A stretch of DNA of 64,000 bases from Eledone cirrhosa (Eukaryota), in assembly GCA_964016885.1 (NCBI GenBank), contig OZ024745.1, forward strand, positions 60,140,001 through 60,204,000, in the 5' to 3' direction. Both the position numbers and the translations under genes were made by a program. Position 1 is the first letter of the stretch. Each line of letters opens with the position of its first letter. This document shows, piece by piece, positions 26,514 to 38,121 of this stretch. The notes beneath the pieces are model-generated. The model was not told where the DNA came from. It did not search any database and worked only from the letters and a program-made list of their open reading frames with translations.

Positions 26514-26893
26514 GACTTGGAGTGTAATGTACAACTTGGAGCATAATGTACAACTTGGAGCATAATGTACGACTTGGAGCATAATGTACGACTTAGAGTG
26601 TAATGTAGGACTTAGAGTGTAATGTAGGACTTAGAGTGTAATGTAGGACTTAGAGTGTAATGTAGGACTAGGAGCATAATGTAGGACTAGGAGCATAATG
26701 TACGACTTGGAGTGTAATGTAGGACTTGGAGTGTAATGTAGGACTTGGAGTGTAAACTGCGAGTTGAAATATAAATTGCGACTTGGATTGTAAACCTTGA
26801 CTTGCAGTGTATTGAACAACTTGGGGTGTATACTGCGGCTTGGAGTGTAAACTGCGGCTCCGAATATAAACTACGACTTGCAGTGTCATATAT
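26514..26893. repeat. Diverged-monomer cassette 11 (20 monomers)
   Basis: Marker ORF at 26631..26819; offset 237, the same short allele as cassette 9. Confidence 0.93.
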
Positions 26894-28166
26894 GACTCTG
26901 AGTGAAAACCTCGACTTGGAGTGAAAACCTCGACTTGGAGTGAGAACCTCGACTTGGAGTGAGAACCTCGACTTGGAGTGAAAACCTCGACTTGGAGTGA
27001 GAACCTCGACTTGGAGTGAAAACCTCGACTTGGAGTGAAAACCTCGACTTGGAGTGAGAACCTCGACTTGGAGTGAAAATCTCGACTTGGAGTGAGAACC
27101 TCGACTTGGAGTGAAAACCTCGACTTGGAGTGAAAACCTCGACTTGGAGTGAGAACCTCGACTTGGAGTGAGAACCTCGATTTGGAGTGAAAACCTCGAC
27201 TTGGAGTGAGAACCTCGACTTGCAGTGAAAACCTCGACTTGGAGTGAGAACCTCGACTTGCAGTGAAAACCTCGACTTGGAGTGAGAACCTCGACTTGGA
27301 GTGAAAACCTCGACTTGCAGTGAAAACCTCGACTTGGAGTGAGAACCTCGACTTGGAGTGAAAACCTCGACTTGGAGTGAAAACCTCGACTTGGAATGAA
27401 GACCTCGACTTGGAGTGAGAACCTCGACTTGGAGTGAGAACCTCGACTTGGAGTGAGAACCTCGACTTGGAGTGAGAACCTCGACTTGGAGTGAGAACCT
27501 CGACTTGGAGTGTAAACTGCGACTCTGAGTGAAAACCTCGACGTGGAGTGAGAACCTCGACTTGGAGTGAAAACCTCGACTTGGAGTGAGAACCTCGACT
27601 TGGAGTGAGAACCTCGACTTGGAGTGAAAACCTCGACTTGGAGTGAAAACCTCGACTTGGAGTGAAAACCTCGACTTGGAGTGAGAACCTCGACTTGGAG
27701 TGAAAACCTCGACTTGGAGTGAAAACCTCGACTTGGAGTGAGAACCTCGACTTGGAGTGAGAACCTCGACTTGGAGTGAGAACCTCGACTTGGAGTGTAA
27801 ACTGCGACTCTGAGTGAAAACCTCGACTTGGAGTGAGAACCTCGACTTGGAGTGAAAACCTCGACTTGGAGTGAAAACCTCGACTTGGAGTGAAAACCTC
27901 GACTTGGAGTGAGAACCTCGACTTGGAGTCAGAACCTCGACTTGGAGTGAAAACCTCGACTTGGAGTGAAAACCTCGACTTGGAGTGAGAACCTCGACTT
28001 GGAGTGAGAACCTCGACTTGGAGTGAAAACCTCGACTTGGAGTGAGAACCTCTACTTGGAGTGAAAACCTCGACTTGGAGTGTAAACTGCGACTTGGAGT
28101 GAGAACCTCGACTTGGAGTGAAAACCTCGACTTGGAGTGTAAACTGCGACTTGGAGTGTAAACTGC

Positions 28167-28564
28167 GACTTGGAGTGTATGTACAACTTGGAGCATAATG
28201 TACAACTTGGAGCATAATGTACGACTTGGAGCATAATGTACGACTTAGAGTGTAATGTAGGACTTAGAGTGTAATGTAGGACTTAGAGTGTAATGTAGGA
28301 CTTAGAGTGTAATGTAGGACTTAGAGTGTAATGTAGGACTAGGAGCATAATGTAGGACTAGGAGCATAATGTACGACTTGGAGTGTAATGTAGGACTTGG
28401 AGTGTAATGTAGGACTTGGAGTGTAAACTGCGAGTTGAAATATAAATTGCGACTTGGATTGTAAACCTTGACTTGCAGTGTATTGAACAACTTGGGGTGT
28501 ATACTGCGGCTTGGAGTGTAAACTGCGGCTCCGAATATAAACTACGACTTGCAGTGTCATATAT
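28167..28564. repeat. Diverged-monomer cassette 12 (1-bp deletion in first monomer)
   Basis: GTGTATGTAC instead of GTGTAATGTAC at about 28179; marker ORF at 28302..28490. Confidence 0.93.
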
Positions 28565-31500
28565 GACTCTGAGTGAAAACCTCGACTTGGAGTGAAAACC
28601 TCGACTTGGAGTGAGAACCTCGACTTGGAGTGAGAACCTCGACTTGGAGTGAAAACCTCGACTTGGAGTGAGAACCTCGACTTGGAGTGAAAACCTCGAC
28701 TTGGAGTGAAAACCTCGACTTGGAGTGAGAACCTCGACTTGGAGTGAAAATCTCGACTTGGAGTGAGAACCTCGACTTGGAGTGAAAACCTCGACTTGGA
28801 GTGAAAACCTCGACTTGGAGTGAGAACCTCGACTTGGAGTGAGAACCTCGATTTGGAGTGAAAACCTCGACTTGGAGTGAGAACCTCGACTTGGAGTGAG
28901 AACCTCGACTTGGAGTGAGAACCTCGACTTGGAGTGAAAACCTCGACTTGGATTGAGAACCTCGACTTGGAGTAAAAACCTCGACTTGGAGTGAGAACCT
29001 CGACTTGGAGTGAGAACCTCGACTTGGAGTGAGAACCTCGACTTGAAGTGAGAACCTCGACTTGGAGTGAGAACCTCGACTTGGAGTGAAAACCTCGACT
29101 TGGAGTGAAAACTTCGACTTGGAGTGAGAACCTCGACTTGGAGTGAGAACCTCGACTTGGAGTGAGAACCTCGACTTGGAGTGAGAACCTCGACTTGGAG
29201 TGATAACCTCGACTTGGAGTGAGAACCTCGACTTGGAGTGAGAACCTCGACTTGGAGTGAAAACCTCGACTTGGAGTGAGAACCTCGACTTGGAGTGAAA
29301 ACCTCGACTTGGAGTGAGAACCTCGACTTGGAGTGAAAACCTCGACTTGGAGTGAGAACCTCGACTTGGAGTGAAAACCTCGACTTGGAGTGAGAACCTC
29401 GACTTGGAGTGAGAACCTCGACTTTGAGTGAAAACCTCGACTTGGAGAGAGAACCTCGACTTGGAGTGAAAACCTCGACTTTGAGTGAAAACCTCGACTT
29501 GGAGTGAGAACCTCGACTTTGAGTGAGAACCTCGACTTGGAGTGAGAACCTCGACTTTGAGTGAGAACCTCGACTTGGAGTGAGAACCTCGACTTGGAGT
29601 GAGAACCTCGACTTGGAGTGAGAACCTCGACTTGGAGTGAGAACCTCGACTTGGAGTGAAAACCTCGACTTGGAGTGAGAACCTCGACTTGGAGTGAAAA
29701 CCTCGACTTGGAGTGAGAACCTCGACTTGGAGTGAAAACCTCGACTTGGAGTGAGAACCTCGACTTGGAGTGAAAACCTCGACTTGGAGTGAGAACCTCG
29801 ACTTGGAGTGAAAACCTCGACTTGGAGTGAGAACCTCGACTTGGAGTGAAAACCTCGACTTGGAGTGAGAACCTCGACTTGGAGTGAGAACCTCGACTTT
29901 GAGTGAAAACCTCGACTTGGAGAGAGAACCTCGACTTGGAGAGAGAACCTCGACTTGGAGTGAAAACCTCGACTTTGAGTGAAAACCTCGACTTGGAGTG
30001 AAAACCTCGACTTGGAGTGAGAACCTCGACTTGGAGTGGAAACCTCGACTTGGAGTGGAAACCTCGACTTGGAGTGAAAACCTCGACTTGGAGTGAGAAC
30101 CTCGACTTGGAGTGATAACCTCGACTTGGAGTGAGAACCTCGACTTGGAGTGAGAACCTCGACTTGGAGTGAAAACCTCGACTTGGAGTGAAAACCTCGA
30201 CTTGGAGTGAAAACCTCGACTTGGAGTGAGAACCTCGACTTGGAGTGAGAACCTCGACTTGGAGTGACAACCTCGACTTGGAGTGGAAACCTCGACTTGG
30301 AGTGAAAACCTCGACTTGGAGTGAAAACCTCGACTTGGAATGAGAACCTCGACTTGGAGTGAAAACCTCGACTTGGAGTGAAAACCTCGACTTGGAGTGA
30401 GAACCTTGACTTGGAGTGAAAACCTCGACTTGGAGTGAGAACCTCGACTTGGAGTGAGAACCTCGACTTGGAGTGAGAACCTCGACGTGGAGTGAGAACC
30501 TCGACGTGGAGTGAGAACCTCGACTTGGAGTGAGAACCTCGACTTGGAGTGAAAACCTCGACTTGGTGTGAGAACCTCGACTTGGAGTGAGAACCTCGAC
30601 TTGGAGTGAAAACCTCGACTTGGAGTGAAAACCTCGACTTGGAGTGAAAACCTCGACTTGGAGTGAAAACCTCGACTTGGAGTGAGAACCTCGACTTGCA
30701 GTGAAAACCTCGACTTGGAGTGAGAACCTCGACTTGGAGTGAGAACCTCGATTTGCAGTGAAAACCTCGACTTGGAGTGAGAACCTCGACTTGCAGTGAA
30801 AACCTCGACTTGGAGTGAGAACCTCGACTTGCAGTGAAAACCTCGACTTGGATTGAGAACCTCGACTTGCAGTGAAAACCTCGACTTGGAGTGAGAACCT
30901 CGACTTGGAGTGAAAACCTCGACTTGCAGTGAAAACCTCGACTTGGAGTGAGAACCTCGACTTGGAGTGAAAACCTCGACTTGGAGTGAAAACCTCGACT
31001 TGGAATGAAAACCTCGACTTGGAGTGAGAACCTCGACTTGGAGTGAGAACCTCGACTTGGAGTGAGAACCTCGACTTGGAGTGAGAACCTCGACTTGGAG
31101 TGAGAACCTCGACTTGGAGTGAGAACCTCGACTTGGAGTGTAAACTGCGACTCTGAGTGAAAACCTCGACTTGGAGTGAGAACCTCGACTTGGAGTGAAA
31201 ACCTCGACTTGGAGTGAGAACCTCGACTTGGAGTGAGAACCTCGATTTGGAGTGAGAACCTCGATTTGGAGTGAGAACCTCGATTTGGAGTGAGAACCTC
31301 GATTTGGAGTGAGAACCTCGATTTGGAGTGAGAACCTCGACTTGGAGTGAAAACCTCGACTTGGAGTGAGAACCTCGACTTGGAGTGAAAACCTCGACTT
31401 GGAGTGAAAACCTCGACTTGGAGTGAAAACCTCGACTTGGAGTGAAAACCTCGACTTGGAGTGAAAACCTCGACTTGGAGTGAGAACCTCGACTTGGAGT

Positions 31501-32630
31501 GAAAACCTCGACTTGGAGTGAGAACCTCGACTTGGAGTGAAAACCTCGACTTGGAGTGAGAACCTCGACTTGGAGTGAAAACCTCGACTTGGAGTGAGAA
31601 CCTCGACTTGGAGTGAAAACCTCGACTTGGAGTGAAAACCTCGACTTGGAGTGAAAACCTCGACTTGGAGTGAGAACCTCGACTTGGAGTGAGAACCTCG
31701 ACTTGGAGTGAGAACCTCGATTTGGAGTGAGAACCTCGACTTGGAGTGAGAACCTCGACTTGGAGTGAGAACCTCGACTTGGAGTGAGAACCTCGACTTG
31801 GAGTGAGAACCTCGACTTGGAGTGAAAACCTCGACTTGGAGTGAGAACCTCGACTTGGAGTGAAAACCTCGACTTGGAGTGAGAACCTCGACTTGGAGTG
31901 AAAACCTCGACTTGGAGTGAGAACCTCGACTTGGAGTGAAAACCTCGACTTGGAGTGAGAACCTCGACTTGGAGTGAGAACCTCGACTTGGAGTGAGAAC
32001 CTCGACTTGGAGTGAAAACCTCGACTTGGAGTGAAAACCTCGACTTGGAGTGAAAACCTCGACTTGGAGTGAGAACCTCGACTTGGAGTGAAAACCTCGA
32101 CTTGGAGTGAGAACCTCGACTTGGAGTGAAAACCTCGACTTGGAGTGAGAACCTCGACTTGGAGTGAAAACCTCGACTTGGAGTGAGAACCTCGACTTGG
32201 AGTGAGAACCTCGACTTGGAGTGAGAACCTCGACTTGGAGTGAGAACCTCGACTTGGAGTGAGAACCTCGACTTGGAGTGAAAACCTCGACTTGGAGTGA
32301 AAACCTCGACTTGGAGTGAAAACCTCGACTTGGAGTGAAAACCTCGACTTGGAGTGAGAACCTCGACTTGGAGTGTAAACCTCGACTTGGAGTGTAAACC
32401 TCGACTTGGAGTGTAAACCTCGACTTGGAGTGTAAACCTCGACTTGGAGTGTAAACCTCGACTTGGAGTGAGAACCTCGACTTGGAGTGAAAACCTCGAC
32501 TTGGAGTGAGAACCTCTACTTGGAGTGAAAACCTCGACTTGGAGTGTAAACTGCGACTTGGAGTGAGAACCTCGACTTGGAGTGAAAACCTCGACTTGGA
32601 GTGTAAACTGCGACTTGGAGTGTAAACTGC

Positions 32631-33029
32631 GACTTGGAGTGTAATGTACAACTTGGAGCATAATGTACAACTTGGAGCATAATGTACGACTTGGAGCATA
32701 ATGTACGACTTAGAGTGTAATGTAGGACTTAGAGTGTAATGTAGGACTTAGAGTGTAATGTAGGACTTAGAGTGTAATGTAGGACTTAGAGTGTAATGTA
32801 GGACTAGGAGCATAATGTAGGACTAGGAGCATAATGTACGACTTGGAGTGTAATGTAGGACTTGGAGTGTAATGTAGGACTTGGAGTGTAAACTGCGAGT
32901 TGAAATATAAATTGCGACTTGGATTGTAAACCTTGACTTGCAGTGTATTGAACAACTTGGGGTGTATACTGCGGCTTGGAGTGTAAACTGCGGCTCCGAA
33001 TATAAACTACGACTTGCAGTGTCATATAT
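32631..33029. repeat. Diverged-monomer cassette 13
   Basis: Same 21-monomer order; marker ORF at 32767..32955. Confidence 0.95.
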
Positions 33030-36000
33030 GACTCTGAGTGAAAACCTCGACTTGGAGTGAAAACCTCGACTTGGAGTGAGAACCTCGACTTGGAGTGAGA
33101 ACCTCGACTTGGAGTGAAAACCTCGACTTGGAGTGAGAACCTCGACTTGGAGTGAAAACCTCGACTTGGAGTGAAAACCTCGACTTGGAGTGAGAACCTC
33201 GACTTGGAGTGAAAACCTCGACTTGGAGTGAGAACCTCGACTTGGAGTGAAAACCTCGACTTGGAGTGAAAACCTCGACTTGGAGTGAGAACCTCGACTT
33301 GGAGTGAGAACCTCGATTTGGAGTGAGAACCTCGACTTGGAGTGAGAACATCGACTTGGAGTGAGAACCTCGACTTGGAGTGAGAACCTCGACTTGGAGT
33401 GAGAACCTCGACTTGGAGTGAGAACCTCGACTTGGAGTGAGAACCTCGACTTGGAGTGAAAACCTCGACTTGGAGTGAAAACCTCGACTTGGAGTGAGAA
33501 CCTCGACTTGGAGTGAGAACCTCGACTTGGAGTGAGAACCTCGACTTGGAGTGAAAACTTCGACTTGGAGTGAGAACCTCGACTTGGAGTGAGAACCTCG
33601 ACTTGGAGTGAGAACCTCGACTTGGAGTGGAAACCTCGACTTGGAGTGAGAACCTCGACTTGGAGTGAGAACCTCGACTTGGAGTGAGAACCTCGACTTG
33701 GAGTGAGAACCTCGACTTGGAGTGAAAACCTCGACTTGGAGTGAGAACCTCGACTTGGAGTGAAAACCTCGACTTGGAGTGAGAACCTCGACTTGGAGTG
33801 AAAACCTCGACTTGGAGTGAGAACCTCGACTTGGAGTGAGAACCTCGACTTTGAGTGAAAACCTCGACTTGGAGAGAGAACCTCCACTTGGAGTGAGAAC
33901 CTCGACTTTGAGTGAAAACCTCGACTTGGAGTGAGAACCTCGACTTTGAGTGAAAACCTCGACTTGGAGTGAGAACCTCGACTTGGAGTGAGAACCTCGA
34001 CTTGGAGTGAGAACCTCGACTTGGAGTGGAAACCTCGACTTGGAGTGAGAACCTCGACTTGGAGTGAAAACCTCGACTTGGAGTGAGAACCTCGACTTGG
34101 AGTGAAAACCTCGACTTGGAGTGAAAACCTCGACTTGGAGTGAAAACCTCGACTTGGAGTGAGAACCTCGACTTGGAGTGAAAACCTCGACTTGGAGTGA
34201 GAACCTCGACTTGGAGTGAAAACCTCGACTTGGAGTGAGAACCTCGACTTGGAGTGAAAACCTCGACTTGGAGTGAGAACCTCGACTTGGAGTGAGAACC
34301 TCGACTTTGTGTGAAAACCTCGACTTGGAGAGAGAACCTCGACTTGGAGTGAGAACCTCGACTTTGAGTGAAAACCTCGACTTGGAGTGAGAACCTCGAC
34401 TTTGAGTGAAAACCTCGACTTGGAGTGAGAACCTCGACTTGGAGTGAAAACCTCGACTTGGAGTGAAAACCTCGACTTGGAGTGAGAACCTCGACTTGGA
34501 GTGAGAACCTCGACTTGGAGTGAAAACCTCGACTTGGAGTGAGAACCTCGACTTGGAGTGAGAACCTCGACTTGGAGTGAGAACCTCGACTTGGAGTGAG
34601 AACCTCGACTTGGAGTGAGAACCTCGACTTGGAGTGAGAACCTCGACTTGGAGTGAAAACCTCGACTAGGAGTGAGAACCTCGACTTGGAGTGAGAACCT
34701 CGACTTGGAGTGAGAACCTCGACTTGGAGTGAGAACCTCGACTTGGAGTGAGAACCTCGACTTGGAGTGAGAACCTCGACTTGGAGTGAGAACCTCGACT
34801 TGCAGTGAAAACCTCGACTTGGAGTGAGAACCTCGACTTGCAGTGAAAACCTCGACTTGGAGTGAGAACCTCGACTTGCAGTGAAAACCTCGACTTGGAG
34901 TAAGAACCTCGACTTGGAGTGAAAACCTCGACTTGGAGTGAGAACCTCGACTTGGAGTGAAAACCTCGACTTGGAGTGAAAACCTCGACTTGGAGTGAAA
35001 ACCTCGACTTGGAGTGAGAACCTCGACTTGGAGTGAAAACCTCGACTTGGAGTGAAAACCTCGACTTGGAGTGAGAACCTCGACTTGGAGTGAGAACCTC
35101 GACTTGGAGTGAGAACCTCGACTTGGAGTGTAAACTGCGACTCTGAGTGAAAACCTCGACTTGGAGTGAGAACCTCGACTTGGAGTGAAAACCTCGACTT
35201 GGAGTGAAAACCTCGACTTGGAATGAAAACCTCGACTTGGAGTGAGAACCTCGACTTGGAGTGAGAACCTCGACTTGGAGTGAGAACCTCGACTTGGAGT
35301 GAGAACCTCGACTTGGAGTGAGAACCTCGACTTGGAGTGAGAACCTCGACTTGGAGTGTAAACTGCGACTCTGAGTGAAAACCTCGACTTGGAGTGAGAA
35401 CCTCGACTTGGAGTGAAAACCTCGACTTGGAGTGAAAACCTCGACTTGGAGTGAGAACCTCGACTTGGAGTGAAAACCTCGACTTGGAGTGAAAACCTCG
35501 ACTTGGAGTGAGAACCTCGACTTGGAGTGAGAACCTCGACTTGGAGTGAGAACCTCGACTTGGAGTGAAAACCTCGACTTGCAGTGAAAACCTCGACTTG
35601 GAGTGAGAACCTCGACTTGGAGTGAAAACCTCGACTTGGAGTGAAAACCTCGACTTGGAATGAAAACCTCGACTTGGAGTGAGAACCTCGACTTGGAGTG
35701 AGAACCTCGACTTGGAGTGAGAACCTCGACTTGGAGTGAGAACCTCGACTTGGAGTGAGAACCTCGACTTGGAGTGAGAACCTCGACTTGGAGTGTAAAC
35801 TGCGACTCTGAGTGAAAACCTCGACTTGGAGTGAGAACCTCGACTTGGAGTGAAAACCTCGACTTGGAGTGAGAACCTCGACTTGGAGTGAGAACCTCGA
35901 CTTGGAGTGAAAACCTCGACTTGGAGTGAAAACCTCGACTTGGAGTGAAAACCTCGACTTGGAGTGAGAACCTCGACTTGGAGTGAAAACCTCGACTTGG

Positions 36001-36506
36001 AGTGAAAACCTCGACTTGGAGTGAGAACCTCGACTTGGAGTGAGAACCTCGACTTGGAGTGAGAACCTCGACTTGGAGTGAGAACCTCGACTTGGAGTGT
36101 AAACTGCGACTCTGAGTGAAAACCTCGACTTGGAGTGAGAACCTCGACTTGGAGAGAAAACCTCGACTTGGAGTGAGAACCTCGACTTGGAGTCAGAACC
36201 TCGACTTGGAGTCAGAACCTCGACTTGGAGTCAGAACCTCGACTTGGAGTCAGAACCTCGACTTGGAGTCAGAACCTCGACTTCGAGTGAAAACCTCGAC
36301 TTGGAGTGAAAACCTCGACTTGGAGTGAGAACCTCGACTTGGAGTGAGAACCTCGACTTGGAGTGAAAACCTCGACTTGGAGTGAGAACCTCTACTTGGA
36401 GTGAAAACCTCGACTTGGAGTGTAAACTGCGACTTGGAGTGAGAACCTCGACTTGGAGTGAAAACCTCGACTTGGAGTGTAAACTGCGACTTGGAGTGTA
36501 AACTGC

Positions 36507-36905
36507 GACTTGGAGTGTAATGTACAACTTGGAGCATAATGTACAACTTGGAGCATAATGTACGACTTGGAGCATAATGTACGACTTAGAGTGTAATGTA
36601 GGACTTAGAGTGTAATGTAGGACTTAGAGTGTAATGTAGGACTTAGAGTGTAATGTAGGACTTAGAGTGTAATGTAGGACTAGGAGCATAATGTAGGACT
36701 AGGAGCATAATGTACGACTTGGAGAGTAATGTAGGACTTGGAGTGTAATGTAGGACTTGGAGTGTAAACTGCGAGTTGAAATATAAATTGCGACTTGGAT
36801 TGTAAACCTTGACTTGCAGTGTATTGAACAACTTGGGGTGTATACTGCGGCTTGGAGTGTAAAGTGCGGCTCCGAATATAAACTACGACTTGCAGTGTCA
36901 TATAT
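36507..36905. repeat. Diverged-monomer cassette 14 (private substitutions)
   Basis: Marker ORF at 36643..36831; variants GGAGAGTAAT (~36725) and TAAAGTGC (~36864). Confidence 0.93.
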
Positions 36906-37608
36906 GACTCTGAGTGAACACTTCAACTTGGAGTGAAAACCTCGACTTGGAGTGAGAACCTCGACTTGGAGTGAGAACCTCGACTTGGAGTGAAAACCTC
37001 GACTTGGAGTGAGAACCTCGACTTGGAGTGAGAACCTCGACTTGGAGTGAAAACCTCGACTTGGAGTGAAAACCTCGACTTGGAGTGAAAACCTCGACTT
37101 GGAGTGAGAACCTCGACTTGGAGTGAAAACCTCGACTTGGAGTGAGAACCTCGACTTGGAGTGAGAACCTCGACTTGGAGTGAGAACGTCGACTTGGAGT
37201 GAGAACGTCGACTTGGAGTGAGAACCTCGACTTGGAGTGAAAACCTCGACTTGGAGTGAAAACCTCGACTTGGAGTGAGAACCTCGACTTGGAGTGAGAA
37301 CCTCGACTTGGAGTGAAAACCTCGACTTGGAGTGAGAACCTCGACTTGGAGTGAGAACCTCGACTTGGAGTGAAAACCTCGACTTGGAGTGAAAACTTCG
37401 ACTTGGAGTGAGAACCTCGACTTTGAGTGAGAACCTCGACTTGGAGTGAAAACCTCGACTTGGAGTGAGAACCTCTACTTGGAGTGAAAACCTCTACTTG
37501 GAGTGAAAACCTCGACTTGGAGTGTAAACTGCGACTTGGAGTGAGAACCTCGACTTGGAGTGAAAACCTCGACTTGGAGTGTAAACTGCGACTTGGAGTG
37601 TAAACTGC

Positions 37609-38121
37609 GACTTGGAGTGTAATGTACAACTTGGAGCATAATGTACAACTTGGAGCATAATGTACGACTTGGAGCATAATGTACGACTTAGAGTGTAATG
37701 TAGGACTTAGAGTGTAATGTAGGACTTAGAGTGTAATGTAGGACTTAGAGTGTAATGTAGGACTTAGAGTGTAATGTAGGACTAGGAGCATAATGTACGA
37801 CTTGGAGTGTAATGTACGACTTGGAGTGTAATGTAGGACTTGGAGTGTAATGTAGGACTTGGAGTGTAATGTAGGACTTAGAGTGTAATGTAGGACTTAG
37901 AGTGTAATGTAGGACTAGGAGCATAATGTACGACTTGGAGTGTAATGTAGGACTTGGAGTGTAATGTAGGACTTGGAGTGTAAACTGCGAGTTGAAATAT
38001 AAATTGCGACTTGGATTGTAAAGCTTGACTTGCAGTGTATTGAACAACTTGGGGTGTATACTGCGGCTTGGAGTGTAAACTGCGGCTCCGAATATAAACT
38101 ACGACTTGCAGTGTCATATCT
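37609..38121. repeat. Diverged-monomer cassette 15 (expanded to 27 monomers)
   Basis: MLQ-to-MFNT ORF offset is 370 = 256 + 6x19; rearranged TAATGTA monomers; variants AAAGCTT and CATATCT. Confidence 0.92.

Larger units (their letters stand above)
17926..26893. repeat. Tandem duplication of a 4484-bp (93+143 monomer) super-unit
   Basis: Marker spacings 1767, 2717, 1767, 2717; ORFs 19486..22098 and 23970..26582 are near-identical at offset 4484; both copies end in the 20-monomer cassette allele. Confidence 0.9.

Noticed and set aside
36116-36328. Single plus-strand 70-aa ORF
   Set aside because: It is open only because TCA and AGA variants locally remove the in-frame TGA; it has a GTG start and is pure repeat sequence.
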